Assembly (NCBI GenBank): GCA_964547525.1
Contig: CAZJOD010000001.1
Location: 23,792-77,127 of the forward strand
DNA length: 53,336 bases
Direction: 5' to 3'
From: an uncultured Clostridiaceae bacterium
GTDB taxonomy: Bacteria; Bacillota; Clostridia; JAAYHZ01
In this document: one piece after another, positions 39,166 to 48,718 of the stretch
How the letters are laid out: each line of letters begins with the position of its first letter
Position numbering within the stretch: the stretch's first letter is position 1
Notes under the pieces: model-generated
Database searches by the model: none
Seen by the model: only the letters and a program-made list of their open reading frames with translations
Told to the model about the DNA's origin: nothing
Translations under genes and position numbers: made by a program

Positions 39166-39207
39166 AAATAAATATAGGCAAGGAATTGATACCTTGCCTT
39201 ATTTATT
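39166..39207. terminator. Bidirectional terminator
   Basis: AGGCAAGG...CCTTGCCT stem with A/T-rich flanks between convergent genes. Confidence 0.7.
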
Positions 39208-39329
39208 AAATAGGCTACATTTTTAATACTCGATTTTTAAAATGTACGCCGACCCGGGGACTCGATACGGCCGCGGGTCTCATTTATTTGAAAAAATCCT
39301 TTTTAAATCTTCTTATTTTACTTAAGTGT

Positions 39330-41525
39330 CTACAAATCATGCATTGTTCTAGCTATCACATCATCTTGCAAATCCGATGGCAACTGAGTGAAATATGCAC
39401 TATATCCTCCAACCCTTACTATTAGATTTTTATATGCATCAGGATTTTTCTTCGCTTCCAGTAATTCCTGAGCGTTTACTATATTTATCTGTACCTGCTG
39501 TCCACCCGTTTTAAAAAAAGTTTTTATGAGAGTTTTCATCTTATGGGTTGTTTCACTATCCTTCATCAAATCTTTACTAAATTTTAAATTCAACACATAA
39601 CCTGAAGAAGTGTATTTATGATGAATTTTCGATACCGATTTCAATAAAGCTGTCGGTCCGGATACATCCATACCCTGACAAGAACCAACCGAGTCACTTA
39701 CCGGAGTTTTTGACGACCGTCCATCCGGTGTAGCGCCGACAAATCGACCATATATGGGTGCTCGTGTAAAAGTACTACATCCGCCACCATATAAACCTCC
39801 CCTGTATGTTTTGTGCTTTGCCAAAATGCCATAAAAATGGTCTATGATTTCACAAGCTATTTTATCAACTTCATCTTGATCATTTCCATAATGCTGACAA
39901 CGATTTTTTATCATAGCCTGTATATTTTCGTATCCCTTAAAATCGAGTTTTAAGATTTCCAAAAGCTTTTTTATCGTCAGTAACTCAGTGTCAAAAACCA
40001 AGTACTTTACAGCGTAAAGAGAATCCGCAGTGTTTGCAATTCCTTCTGTCAATATCTGTCCATGATTATATCTTGCTCCCCCGTTTCTGAATTCACGAGC
40101 ATTTTCAATACAATCCGAAATTAATAAAGTTCTAAACGGATCCGGAGCAAATTTTGCATATGCCAATTGAGACTTATTTGCAGAATCTATCATTAAATTT
40201 GTAAAATATTCTACTTGCTCTTTATATGCATCCATAACCTGCTTAAAATCGGTAAAGCTTTCGGGATCTTTGGTATCGGGACCCAAACGTTCACCTGTCA
40301 GAGGACAGATTCCTGCATTTAAAGCAAGTTCGAAACATTTTAAAAGATTTAACTCACCATCTTCGAGACCCATATTGGACTTTCCTTGTATATCTATCTG
40401 GTTACAACCATTCATGGCATAGTCACGTGCATCCTCTACAGGCATATCATAATTCAACATAACATCAATAACTGCTTTGTCATTATATAATGCAGGCATA
40501 CCGATTCCTGTTTTGACGGTTTCCATAGCTTTATCCCACAATTTTTCAGGTGTTTTATCATGACATCTCATAGTCAGATTAGGTGCTCTGAATTTATATT
40601 TTTTTGCAGTATCTAAAATCATGTATGATAGATCGTTTGTAGCATCGGATCCATCAGGTTTTTGACCTCCTATACAAAGATTCCACGCCCTTTCCTTTTC
40701 AAAAAATACCCATATGTTTTCTAATAAAACCTGTGCCGATGTTTCGTCGATTTCACCGGATTCCAATGAAGCTGCCAAATACGGGTACATATATTGATCA
40801 AATCGTCCGGGCGAATCGATTCCGTCGAAGCAAAACACAAGACGGAAGCATTGAAGCGCTTCTCGCCAGGTTTTTGCAGGATTTAAAGGTACTTTACGTA
40901 GTATTGATTCCATAATACTAAGTTCTTTTATTAAATTTCCATTTTCAGAGGTTTCTATTAATTGCTTCACTGCGTCGGCAAAACGTGTGGCAAAAGTTTC
41001 AAATGCCTTACAAATAACTAATAATGACGATAGAAGCTCATGCTCTTCGTTTGATGTTATATGCTCCATACGAGCTATAATATTTCTTTTCAAGCCGGAT
41101 GTCCCTAATTTTAAGATACAGTCATAATCCAAAAGGGTATGTCCACCCCAACCGCCACCCCAGTAGACTTTCATATGTCCCGTTCGATTTTGCTCTTGTG
41201 TTAAAAGTTCACTTATTTTTTTATGGGTTGTTTCATTTTCAAAATAATCTAATATTTCTTGTATTTTTTGAGTGATTTTTGGGTCGGTGTTTTTTTCTAT
41301 TATTCTCTTTGCAAGATCATGATTTACGGTGATACCCGACCCATAATGGTAACGTATTATTGTTTGTGGAAACGGATGCCCTGCAAATTTATCGACAACA
41401 TCAATGTATATAGGCATAGTTTCGACAGTCCTTAAAATACCACATGCAATCCGATAAACGGGTAAATGATTATTATTGCTACAATACGCTTCTGCAAAAG
41501 GTTCACCCCAATAATTAGACTCCAT
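39330..41525 (-). CDS. Glycyl radical enzyme (PFL-like family), substrate unknown
   Basis: GRFDQYMYP, GATPDGR, C-terminal LIVRVGGYSAYF glycyl loop; Cys loop MNGCNQ; ATG 41525 with AAAGGAG. Confidence 0.9.
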   Translation of the reverse strand: MESNYWGEPFAEAYCSNNNHLPVYRIACGILRTVETMPIYIDVVDKFAGHPFPQTIIRYHYGSGITVNHDLAKRIIEKNTDPKITQKIQEILDYFENETTHKKISELLTQEQNRTGHMKVYWGGGWGGHTLLDYDCILKLGTSGLKRNIIARMEHITSNEEHELLSSLLVICKAFETFATRFADAVKQLIETSENGNLIKELSIMESILRKVPLNPAKTWREALQCFRLVFCFDGIDSPGRFDQYMYPYLAASLESGEIDETSAQVLLENIWVFFEKERAWNLCIGGQKPDGSDATNDLSYMILDTAKKYKFRAPNLTMRCHDKTPEKLWDKAMETVKTGIGMPALYNDKAVIDVMLNYDMPVEDARDYAMNGCNQIDIQGKSNMGLEDGELNLLKCFELALNAGICPLTGERLGPDTKDPESFTDFKQVMDAYKEQVEYFTNLMIDSANKSQLAYAKFAPDPFRTLLISDCIENAREFRNGGARYNHGQILTEGIANTADSLYAVKYLVFDTELLTIKKLLEILKLDFKGYENIQAMIKNRCQHYGNDQDEVDKIACEIIDHFYGILAKHKTYRGGLYGGGCSTFTRAPIYGRFVGATPDGRSSKTPVSDSVGSCQGMDVSGPTALLKSVSKIHHKYTSSGYVLNLKFSKDLMKDSETTHKMKTLIKTFFKTGGQQVQINIVNAQELLEAKKNPDAYKNLIVRVGGYSAYFTQLPSDLQDDVIARTMHDL

Positions 41526-41536
41526 ATAAACTCCTT

Positions 41537-41692
41537 TCACTGCCGTTCAAAGACAGCCGGTAACGCTTTTACCCATAGTAGAGGATATTTAATCGCAGTA
41601 TTCCGCTGTATCTCAGTATCATCGGATACATGCGGCAAATCGAACCATAAATCTATATAATCTTTATTCAAATAAGCTAATCCAAAGAACAT
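41537..41692 (-). CDS. Small unannotated ORF (51 aa; 57 aa from ATG 41710)
   Basis: AAGAAGGTGA RBS, MFFGLAYLNKDYIDLWFDLPHVSDDTEIQRNTAIKYPLLWVKALPAVFERQ*; its stop abuts the GRE RBS. Confidence 0.45.
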   Translation of the reverse strand: MFFGLAYLNKDYIDLWFDLPHVSDDTEIQRNTAIKYPLLWVKALPAVFERQ

Positions 41693-41968
41693 CCAAATCA
41701 CCTTCTTCATTAATTAAAGCTTTATAAATCAAGTTTAACATACAAGTATAACCGGTACAATCATTTCGTATTGATGTAAAATATAAACTTTACCTACATT
41801 ATCGTTTGTAGCGTTTGATTTTGATATTACATAGCTTGACATTTCCTATACGAAAACAGTCATATACTACTAATGTTAAGTCATAAACTCAGTAAATTTT
41901 TTAGGTAACAGTAGTATAATTGCGCTTATAATTACAAAACAAAAAAGTTTAATTATTAAAATCTATAT

Positions 41969-43279
41969 ATGCAATTTGAAAAGAATGTGAGTACTTCTAT
42001 TTATATGGTTAATAAAAAGTTTTTAAATAGATTTAAAAGAAACAATACTAAAAGTCAAATTCTATTTATTATTGACAGCCTTGTTATAAACGGAGCATAT
42101 CTGATAACGGGAGGTATATTCCTTTCAGGTTACGCTATTTACTTGGGTGCCGGAGATTTTCTCACCGCATTGCTTAACAGCGGTACTCATTATGCAACAA
42201 TTTTATCTTTGTTGTCTTTTTTCCTTTTAGAAAAAAGGGCCAAAAGAAAAAATTTACTATTAACATTGAATATAATATCCAGAACCTTGATGGTTATAAT
42301 TGCGATATTACCTATGATTTTCCGTAATAATACCATAAATCTTATACTAATTACTATTTTTGTAATTGCATCTGAGATAGTTTGGGGAATTTACAGGATC
42401 GGTTGGACTGTATGGATGATGACTACTGTTCCAAAAGAATCTAAAACCGAATACATATATAGCAGAACTTTTTACACAAGACTGTTTATGTCGGTTATAT
42501 CCGTATTGGTAGGATTTGTTCTTGACATATTTAATAAAAGTTATACCGGTTTTCTAGTTATTTTTGCATTTAGCTATATATTATCATTACTTGACGTTTA
42601 CATACTTAAACAGATTGATGAACCCGAATATAAAATTTCCGGCGAAGTATCCCTAAATTTAAAGAAGTTTTTTGAACCGGTACATATAAAAGAATATCGC
42701 AGCTTTCTAATCTTTATTTTCTTATTTTACCTCGGTTATACTATGGCTACATCATTCACACCCACATATATGATAAGGTATTTGGTAATTGACTATAAAT
42801 ACATATCTATATTCAGTTTTATTTCACAAGGTGTTATGATAGTTACCAATCCCTATTGGTCAAAAATCGAAAGAGCCAAAGGTTTTGGTTTTACAATTTG
42901 TGCAGGAGCGTTTTTTACCATAAGCCCCTTATTAATTTTATCATTTGTGACCAAAGACACTTGGATTCTTTTGTTTTTATCAAATATTACGGCCGGTATC
43001 GGTATGGGAGGATTTACTTCATTATTTACTTACCGATATGAAATTATGCCTGATGACGACAGAACAATTTACGAAGGATGGTATTATTTTTCTTTCGGTT
43101 TAAGCGTACTTATCGCACCGTTCATGGGTAAATTGGTAATAGACATGATCCCTGAATTCACAACTTCTATTTTTCAACACAGTCAGATTCAATTGTTAAA
43201 CCTAATATCCTTTGTTCTACTTAGTATATTATTGTATTTATTTTTTATAAACCCGTCGAAAGGTAGAAACAAAATATAG
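41969..43279 (+). CDS. MFS transporter
   Basis: About 12 hydrophobic segments in two bundles; start may instead be ATG 42005. Confidence 0.85.
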   Translation: MQFEKNVSTSIYMVNKKFLNRFKRNNTKSQILFIIDSLVINGAYLITGGIFLSGYAIYLGAGDFLTALLNSGTHYATILSLLSFFLLEKRAKRKNLLLTLNIISRTLMVIIAILPMIFRNNTINLILITIFVIASEIVWGIYRIGWTVWMMTTVPKESKTEYIYSRTFYTRLFMSVISVLVGFVLDIFNKSYTGFLVIFAFSYILSLLDVYILKQIDEPEYKISGEVSLNLKKFFEPVHIKEYRSFLIFIFLFYLGYTMATSFTPTYMIRYLVIDYKYISIFSFISQGVMIVTNPYWSKIERAKGFGFTICAGAFFTISPLLILSFVTKDTWILLFLSNITAGIGMGGFTSLFTYRYEIMPDDDRTIYEGWYYFSFGLSVLIAPFMGKLVIDMIPEFTTSIFQHSQIQLLNLISFVLLSILLYLFFINPSKGRNKI

Positions 43280-43325
43280 TTCTTGGGGAATATAACAAAG
43301 AAACTATAGTGTTATAAATAACAAA

Positions 43326-43355
43326 GTATAAATTGTATTTTTGTTGTACATAATA
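43326..43355 (+). promoter_or_regulatory. SigG-type (forespore) promoter
   Basis: GTATA-18 nt-CATAATA matches the B. subtilis SigG consensus GHATR-N18-CATAnTA. Confidence 0.55.
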
Positions 43356-43376
43356 ATACAAAAAAGGATATGACAA

Positions 43377-43475
43377 ATGAATGACGATTTAAAATTTTTT
43401 AAAGGACTAATAAATGCTTTTTTATTAAGCATTCCTATTTGGGCACTAATTTTTTATTTGATTTATAGATTATAA
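43377..43475 (+). CDS. 32-aa single-pass membrane peptide
   Basis: AAAGGA RBS; MNDDLKFFKGLINAFLLSIPIWALIFYLIYRL*. Confidence 0.65.
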   Translation: MNDDLKFFKGLINAFLLSIPIWALIFYLIYRL

Positions 43476-43543
43476 CTTATCCCTATTTTTAATCGATTCT
43501 GAGTTTATAATATAATCTTCAAATTATCGTTTTGTAAATATTT

Positions 43544-45559
43544 TTAATCATCCCAATGTAAGGCCGCTTTACATACTTCAGAGCCGGAGCAATAATAAAC
43601 TGCGTTTTTTGTTACAGCAACTCCTGTAGTAGCAGGTTTAGGTAAACTTCCTATACATTTGACCGTGTATTCATCAGGATCAATTTTTAATATAGATTTT
43701 GACATAAGTAAATAAATAGTACCGTCACTACAAGCTATCATACTTTGGCGTACAACGTTACCATAAATAGATAAATTGCTTTGGTAAATTATCTTTAAGG
43801 TCCTATAATCATATACAAAATAAATCCCGTTTGTTGTAATACCATGAACGGCATTTCCCGCCCATACAAGCTGAGCGATTTCCTTTACATTATTCATCGG
43901 ATAATTTATATTGGTTATCTCATATGTCACCGGATTAAACTCAAACAAAGCCGCGGTATTACAAACCGGTAAAGCTCCCCCTTGCGGTAAAACCGTCGAG
44001 CCACAAATTACATTTCCATTCGGTAATTCCGCCATAGCCAATATTCCATGATACGGTAGCATGTTTTCGTTTTCTATAACCGATGTTTTTCTTGTTTCTA
44101 CATTATATATAGCCATACCGGCACCAACTACGCCATACCCACCATATCCGGAAAACAAACATGTTTTACCGTCGGATAAAGCTAAAGCCGAACGAGGTCT
44201 GGATATGGCACTTACTATTTTCTCTTGATGGGGATTTATATTAGATTTATCGCTAATAATACCTTGTTTGGTATCAATTCTATAAATATATCCACCGGAA
44301 TAAGCTGCACCCACAAGTATGTCACCCTGATAAGCATATGCACATATATTACCGACACTTGAACCGATACATTTGATCCCATGGTCTGTTACCGTATCGG
44401 TTAACGGATCAACTGTAAAAACATTCATCGGGTGATTTGTCGTACCGTATATCATTCCGTCGGGTCCGAGAGTTATTGGGGAACAAGCCGCTCCTTCACA
44501 TAAATAATCGAATACCACTGTAGTCTTTTCATCAGTTTCAGGATGCCAATATGTAAAAGTATGAGCGGGATAGTCGGCGTTTAAAAAATTAGGTGCGTCA
44601 TCGTATGGTATGTGTAAACCCCAAGGATAATCATTGTTGTAGTAATTCCTTGTTATCAAAGCTTTATCTACTATCTCCCCGTTTTTTAATACCCACCATG
44701 AATCTAGATATTCCATGTCACTGTTCGTTTTACCGGTTACACTCATCTTAGCTACCACTTCTCCGAGCCTCGTTTTATATACCAAAGCACTGCCCGTTCC
44801 CGGTAGCCGCGGGAATATATATTTTATCTCGCCGGTGTCGGTATTGTAACCTATTATATTTACTTCGGCTGTTCCTATCGCACTGTAGACCCATCCGCAA
44901 GAATCCGCCGCTTGAGTTGTCGAATACATCTGGACATCATCTAACAATCCAAGGTTGGTAACTTTTTTTGTTTGTGGATCAAAGGCATAAAGATACAGCT
45001 TAGGATAATTTGAAAAATAAATAAACCCTTCATCATCTTCACAAAATCCCCAACCTACCAGGTTCGCACCCATAGAAGACAGGTTTGTTATTGTGGTGAA
45101 CTCTTTTATAACCGGATCGAACTCATAAAAGTAAGCGTTTGCACCGGTATAAAACTTACCTCCTTGTGATGCAAAAGACTTATATGGAAAAGCTGAGGTA
45201 TTACCGTCAAAGATATGTTGTGAGGATTTGCCGGTATGTAAATCAATACAAACTAGAAATCCCCTTGATGGTAATACGGCATAAAATCTATTGTCGCTAC
45301 CTTTAACTATCGCACCTGAACGTGCTTCTGCCGAGTTTGAAGCTATACCTAGTGATGTTACTGTCAAAGATACAACATTTTTATAAGTATATTTATCTTC
45401 TTGGCAAACTTTTACCGGCATCGTCTCATCTGAACCGGTATAAGTTTCAACCGATGATAAATCTGTCCTTTCACCGTTTCCATCTTGTACGGTATTGTGT
45501 TGGCACCCGACAAATAAAGTAAAAATCAGAATCAGGAGTATCAAAATACTAAATTCCAT
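43544..45559 (-). CDS. Lipoprotein with beta-propeller repeats
   Basis: GGAGG RBS, lipobox LFVGC; repeated GPDGMIYG/FTVDP, FEFNP blade-like motifs. Confidence 0.75.
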   Translation of the reverse strand: MEFSILILLILIFTLFVGCQHNTVQDGNGERTDLSSVETYTGSDETMPVKVCQEDKYTYKNVVSLTVTSLGIASNSAEARSGAIVKGSDNRFYAVLPSRGFLVCIDLHTGKSSQHIFDGNTSAFPYKSFASQGGKFYTGANAYFYEFDPVIKEFTTITNLSSMGANLVGWGFCEDDEGFIYFSNYPKLYLYAFDPQTKKVTNLGLLDDVQMYSTTQAADSCGWVYSAIGTAEVNIIGYNTDTGEIKYIFPRLPGTGSALVYKTRLGEVVAKMSVTGKTNSDMEYLDSWWVLKNGEIVDKALITRNYYNNDYPWGLHIPYDDAPNFLNADYPAHTFTYWHPETDEKTTVVFDYLCEGAACSPITLGPDGMIYGTTNHPMNVFTVDPLTDTVTDHGIKCIGSSVGNICAYAYQGDILVGAAYSGGYIYRIDTKQGIISDKSNINPHQEKIVSAISRPRSALALSDGKTCLFSGYGGYGVVGAGMAIYNVETRKTSVIENENMLPYHGILAMAELPNGNVICGSTVLPQGGALPVCNTAALFEFNPVTYEITNINYPMNNVKEIAQLVWAGNAVHGITTNGIYFVYDYRTLKIIYQSNLSIYGNVVRQSMIACSDGTIYLLMSKSILKIDPDEYTVKCIGSLPKPATTGVAVTKNAVYYCSGSEVCKAALHWDD

Positions 45560-45640
45560 AAAAAAACCTCCAGTCAGAAACTTCGTTTTCAAAATTAAAA
45601 CGTAATATTTTATATATTGTACTTATTTATAATTACTATA

Positions 45641-45732
45641 TGATTCAACTTCAAAAACTTAATTTATAGTTAAAAGGATTTTCAACAACCGGTACACTCC
45701 GATAACTGCAGCGAATTATTGCAGTGAAATAT
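45641..45732 (+). mobile_element. MITE-like repeat copy (92 bp)
   Basis: TGATTCAACTTCAAAAAC..CGGTACACTCCG..TTATTGCAGTGAAATAT flanked by TATA/TATA. Confidence 0.75.
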
Positions 45733-45786
45733 TATATCAATTATATAATTTTAAATTCTTAATAATGCTGTTGTTTTATATAAATT

Positions 45787-45812
45787 TTCAGGGACGATCT
45801 CTCACCCCTGAA
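45787..45812 (-). terminator. Probable terminator
   Basis: TTCAGGG...CCCTGAA stem with an adjacent A run after the stop at 45824. Confidence 0.55.
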
Positions 45813-45823
45813 TTTCATAATTA

Positions 45824-47113
45824 TTATTTGATTTCTTCTAAATAGTCACATATAATATCTCCGGACTCTCTGCAAACCGGGCCTATATAGCCATAATAAC
45901 GGTGTGCAATTTTTTCATAAATGGACTTGTCATATAATTCTCCGTACGGTAAATATCCGAAAACACCGCTTGAGTATCCCATAACGACTGTTTTACCGGT
46001 ACCAAAAATTTCTTTAATTCGAAATCCCAGGTCGTGAAAAGTTTCAAACGGTAATGCCACTATATTTAAATCTCCTAATTTCCAGACTTTGATAACAGGA
46101 TGTATTTCAGTCATCGGATTTCCCGATTCGTACGCTTTAATAAAATTATCCGCCCATACTACTTTAACAGCTTCAACTTGAAGTGATGCAAAATGCGGTT
46201 TATAATTAGCATCTATTATTTTTTTACATTCGGCAAGTGAATCCTTTTTAATCTGCATGAATCCTTCAAGTGTATAGTCGGGTACTAAAGGTATTGTCAG
46301 CTCTTTGGAATAGCATTTAATATTTATATCATCATTTTTTAATTCATATTTAGACGCTAATACCGAATCGGCAAGCAGATTGCCGGCTTTTTCAGTCGCT
46401 TCGAATGAAAAGCGGTATCTCGGATCTATATCTCCACAGCAACCTTGAGTAAAAATAACAGCGACATCATCGCCATATACTTCATTTAGCTTGCTTTTTG
46501 TATAATAAGGATAATCGGCGGAGTAGCTATAATTTCTGCTGTCTAGTGTAACCGGATGACATGCATAATTTATAATAACAGATTTTAATTTGTCTGTTCC
46601 TGTCTCAAATATTTTTATTACTCCGACTTCCTTGTCGATCACATCCATATAATTGGGATCTTTGTATGCCATTAATATCCTGTTCATGCCTATTTCGCAT
46701 TCTCCCGTAGAATATTCAAAAAATCCTTCAAAAGTATTGCATACCGCCTTTTTCGCCAAATCAATCAAATCATTCTGTGTTTCCAAAAGCCATGATTGTT
46801 CGGCGGAACCACAGCCATACAATGTGCCTGATGCCGGACCGGCATGAGTATGTATCGAAGTCAGTATAATATTGCTCTTTGGTATATTAATCGCACGGCT
46901 TATCTTATATTCCGTTATTTTAGAATAATCAGGATCAAAACCTAGTATCTCACATACTATTAACATAGATTTTATACCCTTGGATTCTATATAGACGGCA
47001 CTTATTTTCAATTGGTCATGTATATCGATAGCTCCGGTGGCTCTACCCGCATATCCTGTCATTTGCATTCCTAATGGTGTTCTTACATTTATCTCTGCAA
47101 GTCCGATTTTCAT
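45824..47113 (-). CDS. Neutral/alkaline ceramidase-like hydrolase
   Basis: HTHAGP, NYACHPV, SADYP, QGCCGDIDP motifs. Confidence 0.8.
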   Translation of the reverse strand: MKIGLAEINVRTPLGMQMTGYAGRATGAIDIHDQLKISAVYIESKGIKSMLIVCEILGFDPDYSKITEYKISRAINIPKSNIILTSIHTHAGPASGTLYGCGSAEQSWLLETQNDLIDLAKKAVCNTFEGFFEYSTGECEIGMNRILMAYKDPNYMDVIDKEVGVIKIFETGTDKLKSVIINYACHPVTLDSRNYSYSADYPYYTKSKLNEVYGDDVAVIFTQGCCGDIDPRYRFSFEATEKAGNLLADSVLASKYELKNDDINIKCYSKELTIPLVPDYTLEGFMQIKKDSLAECKKIIDANYKPHFASLQVEAVKVVWADNFIKAYESGNPMTEIHPVIKVWKLGDLNIVALPFETFHDLGFRIKEIFGTGKTVVMGYSSGVFGYLPYGELYDKSIYEKIAHRYYGYIGPVCRESGDIICDYLEEIK

Positions 47114-47247
47114 CACTTTAATCCTCCTAATACTTTATTAATTCGTTATATTATGATTGGTACTACATTACTACATAAAAGATTATACCATACATAAGCA
47201 ACCATAAAATCATGTCTTATATTTATGTATTTTAATATTTATATAAT

Positions 47248-47284
47248 TGATTTCACTACAATAAGAATTATTACTGTAGAATCT
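47248..47284 (-). mobile_element. MITE-like repeat, collapsed 37-bp form
   Basis: TGATTTCACTACAATAAGAATTATTACTGTAGAATCT; flanks TAAT/TAAA. Confidence 0.65.
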
Positions 47285-47322
47285 TAAATTTGCATCTATA
47301 TAAAAATATTATTAGTCCGGTT

Positions 47323-47354
47323 TTATAATGATTATACCTTTATAATGATTATTT
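47323..47354. promoter_or_regulatory. Two tandem Per-box-like sites
   Basis: TTATAATGATTATAC and TTATAATGATTATTT versus the Per box TTATAATnATTATAA (14/15 and 13/15). Confidence 0.6.
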
Positions 47355-47356
47355 AA

Positions 47357-47450
47357 TAAATATACTGTAAAAAATTAATTTAAGATGAAGTTATTTTCAA
47401 TAATAAGGCGATAATCGGTTTACAGTAAGTGAGTTATTGCATTTTAACCT
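47357..47450 (+). mobile_element. Degenerate MITE-like repeat copy
   Basis: TATACTGTAAAAAA..TGAAGTTATTTTCAA..CGGTTTACAGTAAGTGAGTTATTGCA; both termini eroded. Confidence 0.6.
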
Positions 47451-47492
47451 TTAATTATTTTTTTAACGGTTGTAAAATATAAAATTTAACTA

Positions 47493-47555
47493 TTTACATT
47501 TATTATTAACTATGTTAAACTATTTAATAATGATTACAAATGTATAATCATTATT
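47493..47555 (+). promoter_or_regulatory. SigA promoter plus Fur/Per-type inverted repeat
   Basis: TTTACA-17-TAAACT with TG extension, followed by AATAATGATTA-8 nt-TAATCATTATT. Confidence 0.6.
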
Positions 47556-47586
47556 CTTTAATATTATTTATGATAGAAGGTATTAT

Positions 47587-48006
47587 ATGGTATATAAAAA
47601 AGCTAATTTTGCAAATGCACTCTTAAAACGTAATATTAATCCGTCGCATCAAAGAATAAAAGTTCTCGAATATCTTTCAGTGCACAAAAATCACCCTACA
47701 GTTGACGATATTTTTATTGATCTAAAAAAAGAAATGCCTACTTTATCTAAATCTACAGTTTATAACACAATAAAAGTTTTTGTAAATGAAGGATTGGTAC
47801 AAGAATTAAATATTGAAGATAATGAAATCAGGTATGATCTCAATATATTGTTACACGGGCATTTTAAGTGTAAAAATTGTGGTATGATTTATGATTTTGA
47901 TATAGATGTTAAAGCAATTAATAATTTTAACGGGCTGGACGAATTCAAGATAGACTCGCAAAGTGTTTATTTCAAGGGCATTTGTCGTGAGTGCATTCAG
48001 AAGTAA
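47587..48006 (+). CDS. perR: Fur-family regulator, PerR-like
   Basis: HPTVDDIF, TLSKSTVYNT, HGHFKCKNCG, CREC; heads a rubredoxin/rubrerythrin operon. Confidence 0.8.
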   Translation: MVYKKANFANALLKRNINPSHQRIKVLEYLSVHKNHPTVDDIFIDLKKEMPTLSKSTVYNTIKVFVNEGLVQELNIEDNEIRYDLNILLHGHFKCKNCGMIYDFDIDVKAINNFNGLDEFKIDSQSVYFKGICRECIQK

Positions 48007-48048
48007 ACCTTATATAATATAAATAAAATATGAGTATGAGGAGGTTTT

Positions 48049-48714
48049 ATGAGAAAATTTATATGTTCCGTATGTGGCTATACATATGATGAAACAGCCG
48101 GCATTCCCAAAGACGGTATAGCTCCCGGCACCGCATGGGAAGACCTACCGGCAGATTGGGTTTGCCCGTTATGCGGTGCTACAAAAGATGAATTTAAGGA
48201 TTTACAAAAAGTTAGTTTAACAGGTACCCAAAATCCAAGTTATCAAAAAAATGATGATGTGTATGAAGTTAAGGATTTCTCCCCTGCAATATTAAGTGTG
48301 TTATTTTCAAACCTCTCGAAAGGGTCTGAAAAGCAATATCGAACTGAGGAGGCTACTTTATTTAACAAATTGGCTTTATATTATCAAGGCGTAGAAAATG
48401 CCGAAGATAAAAATCAATTTAGTGATTTGAATTATCTCATACAACAGGATTTAAATGCAGGTTTTACACAAGCAAAAGCGTTAGCAGTCGCAAATTCCGA
48501 TAGAGGAGCGTTAAGAGCACTTACATGGGGAGAAAAAGTAACTACAATGCTCAATTCGTTTATGCGCAGATTAGATAAGGATCAATTCTTAGAAAATACA
48601 AATATCTATGTATGTGAAATTTGCGGATTTACTTATTCGGGAGATGAACCGCCGGAAATATGCCCTGTTTGTAAAGTACCCAAATTAAAAATCACAAAAA
48701 TTGATAGGAGGTAA
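48049..48714 (+). CDS. Rubredoxin-helical domain-rubredoxin-like protein
   Basis: CSVCGY..WVCPLCG at the N-terminus; CEICGF..CPVC at the C-terminus. Confidence 0.85.
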   Translation: MRKFICSVCGYTYDETAGIPKDGIAPGTAWEDLPADWVCPLCGATKDEFKDLQKVSLTGTQNPSYQKNDDVYEVKDFSPAILSVLFSNLSKGSEKQYRTEEATLFNKLALYYQGVENAEDKNQFSDLNYLIQQDLNAGFTQAKALAVANSDRGALRALTWGEKVTTMLNSFMRRLDKDQFLENTNIYVCEICGFTYSGDEPPEICPVCKVPKLKITKIDRR

Positions 48715-48718
48715 CAGT

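Noticed and set aside
39251-39279. GC-rich hairpin GACCCGGGG...CCGCGGGTC between convergent genes
   Set aside because: Single copy, imperfect stem, no clear U tract; cannot assign beyond a possible terminator.
12718-47450. Repeat family as CRISPR repeats or REP-tyrosine-transposase substrates
   Set aside because: Copies are dispersed, variable in length and lack spacers; no cas or RAYT gene and no GTAG-type REP end.
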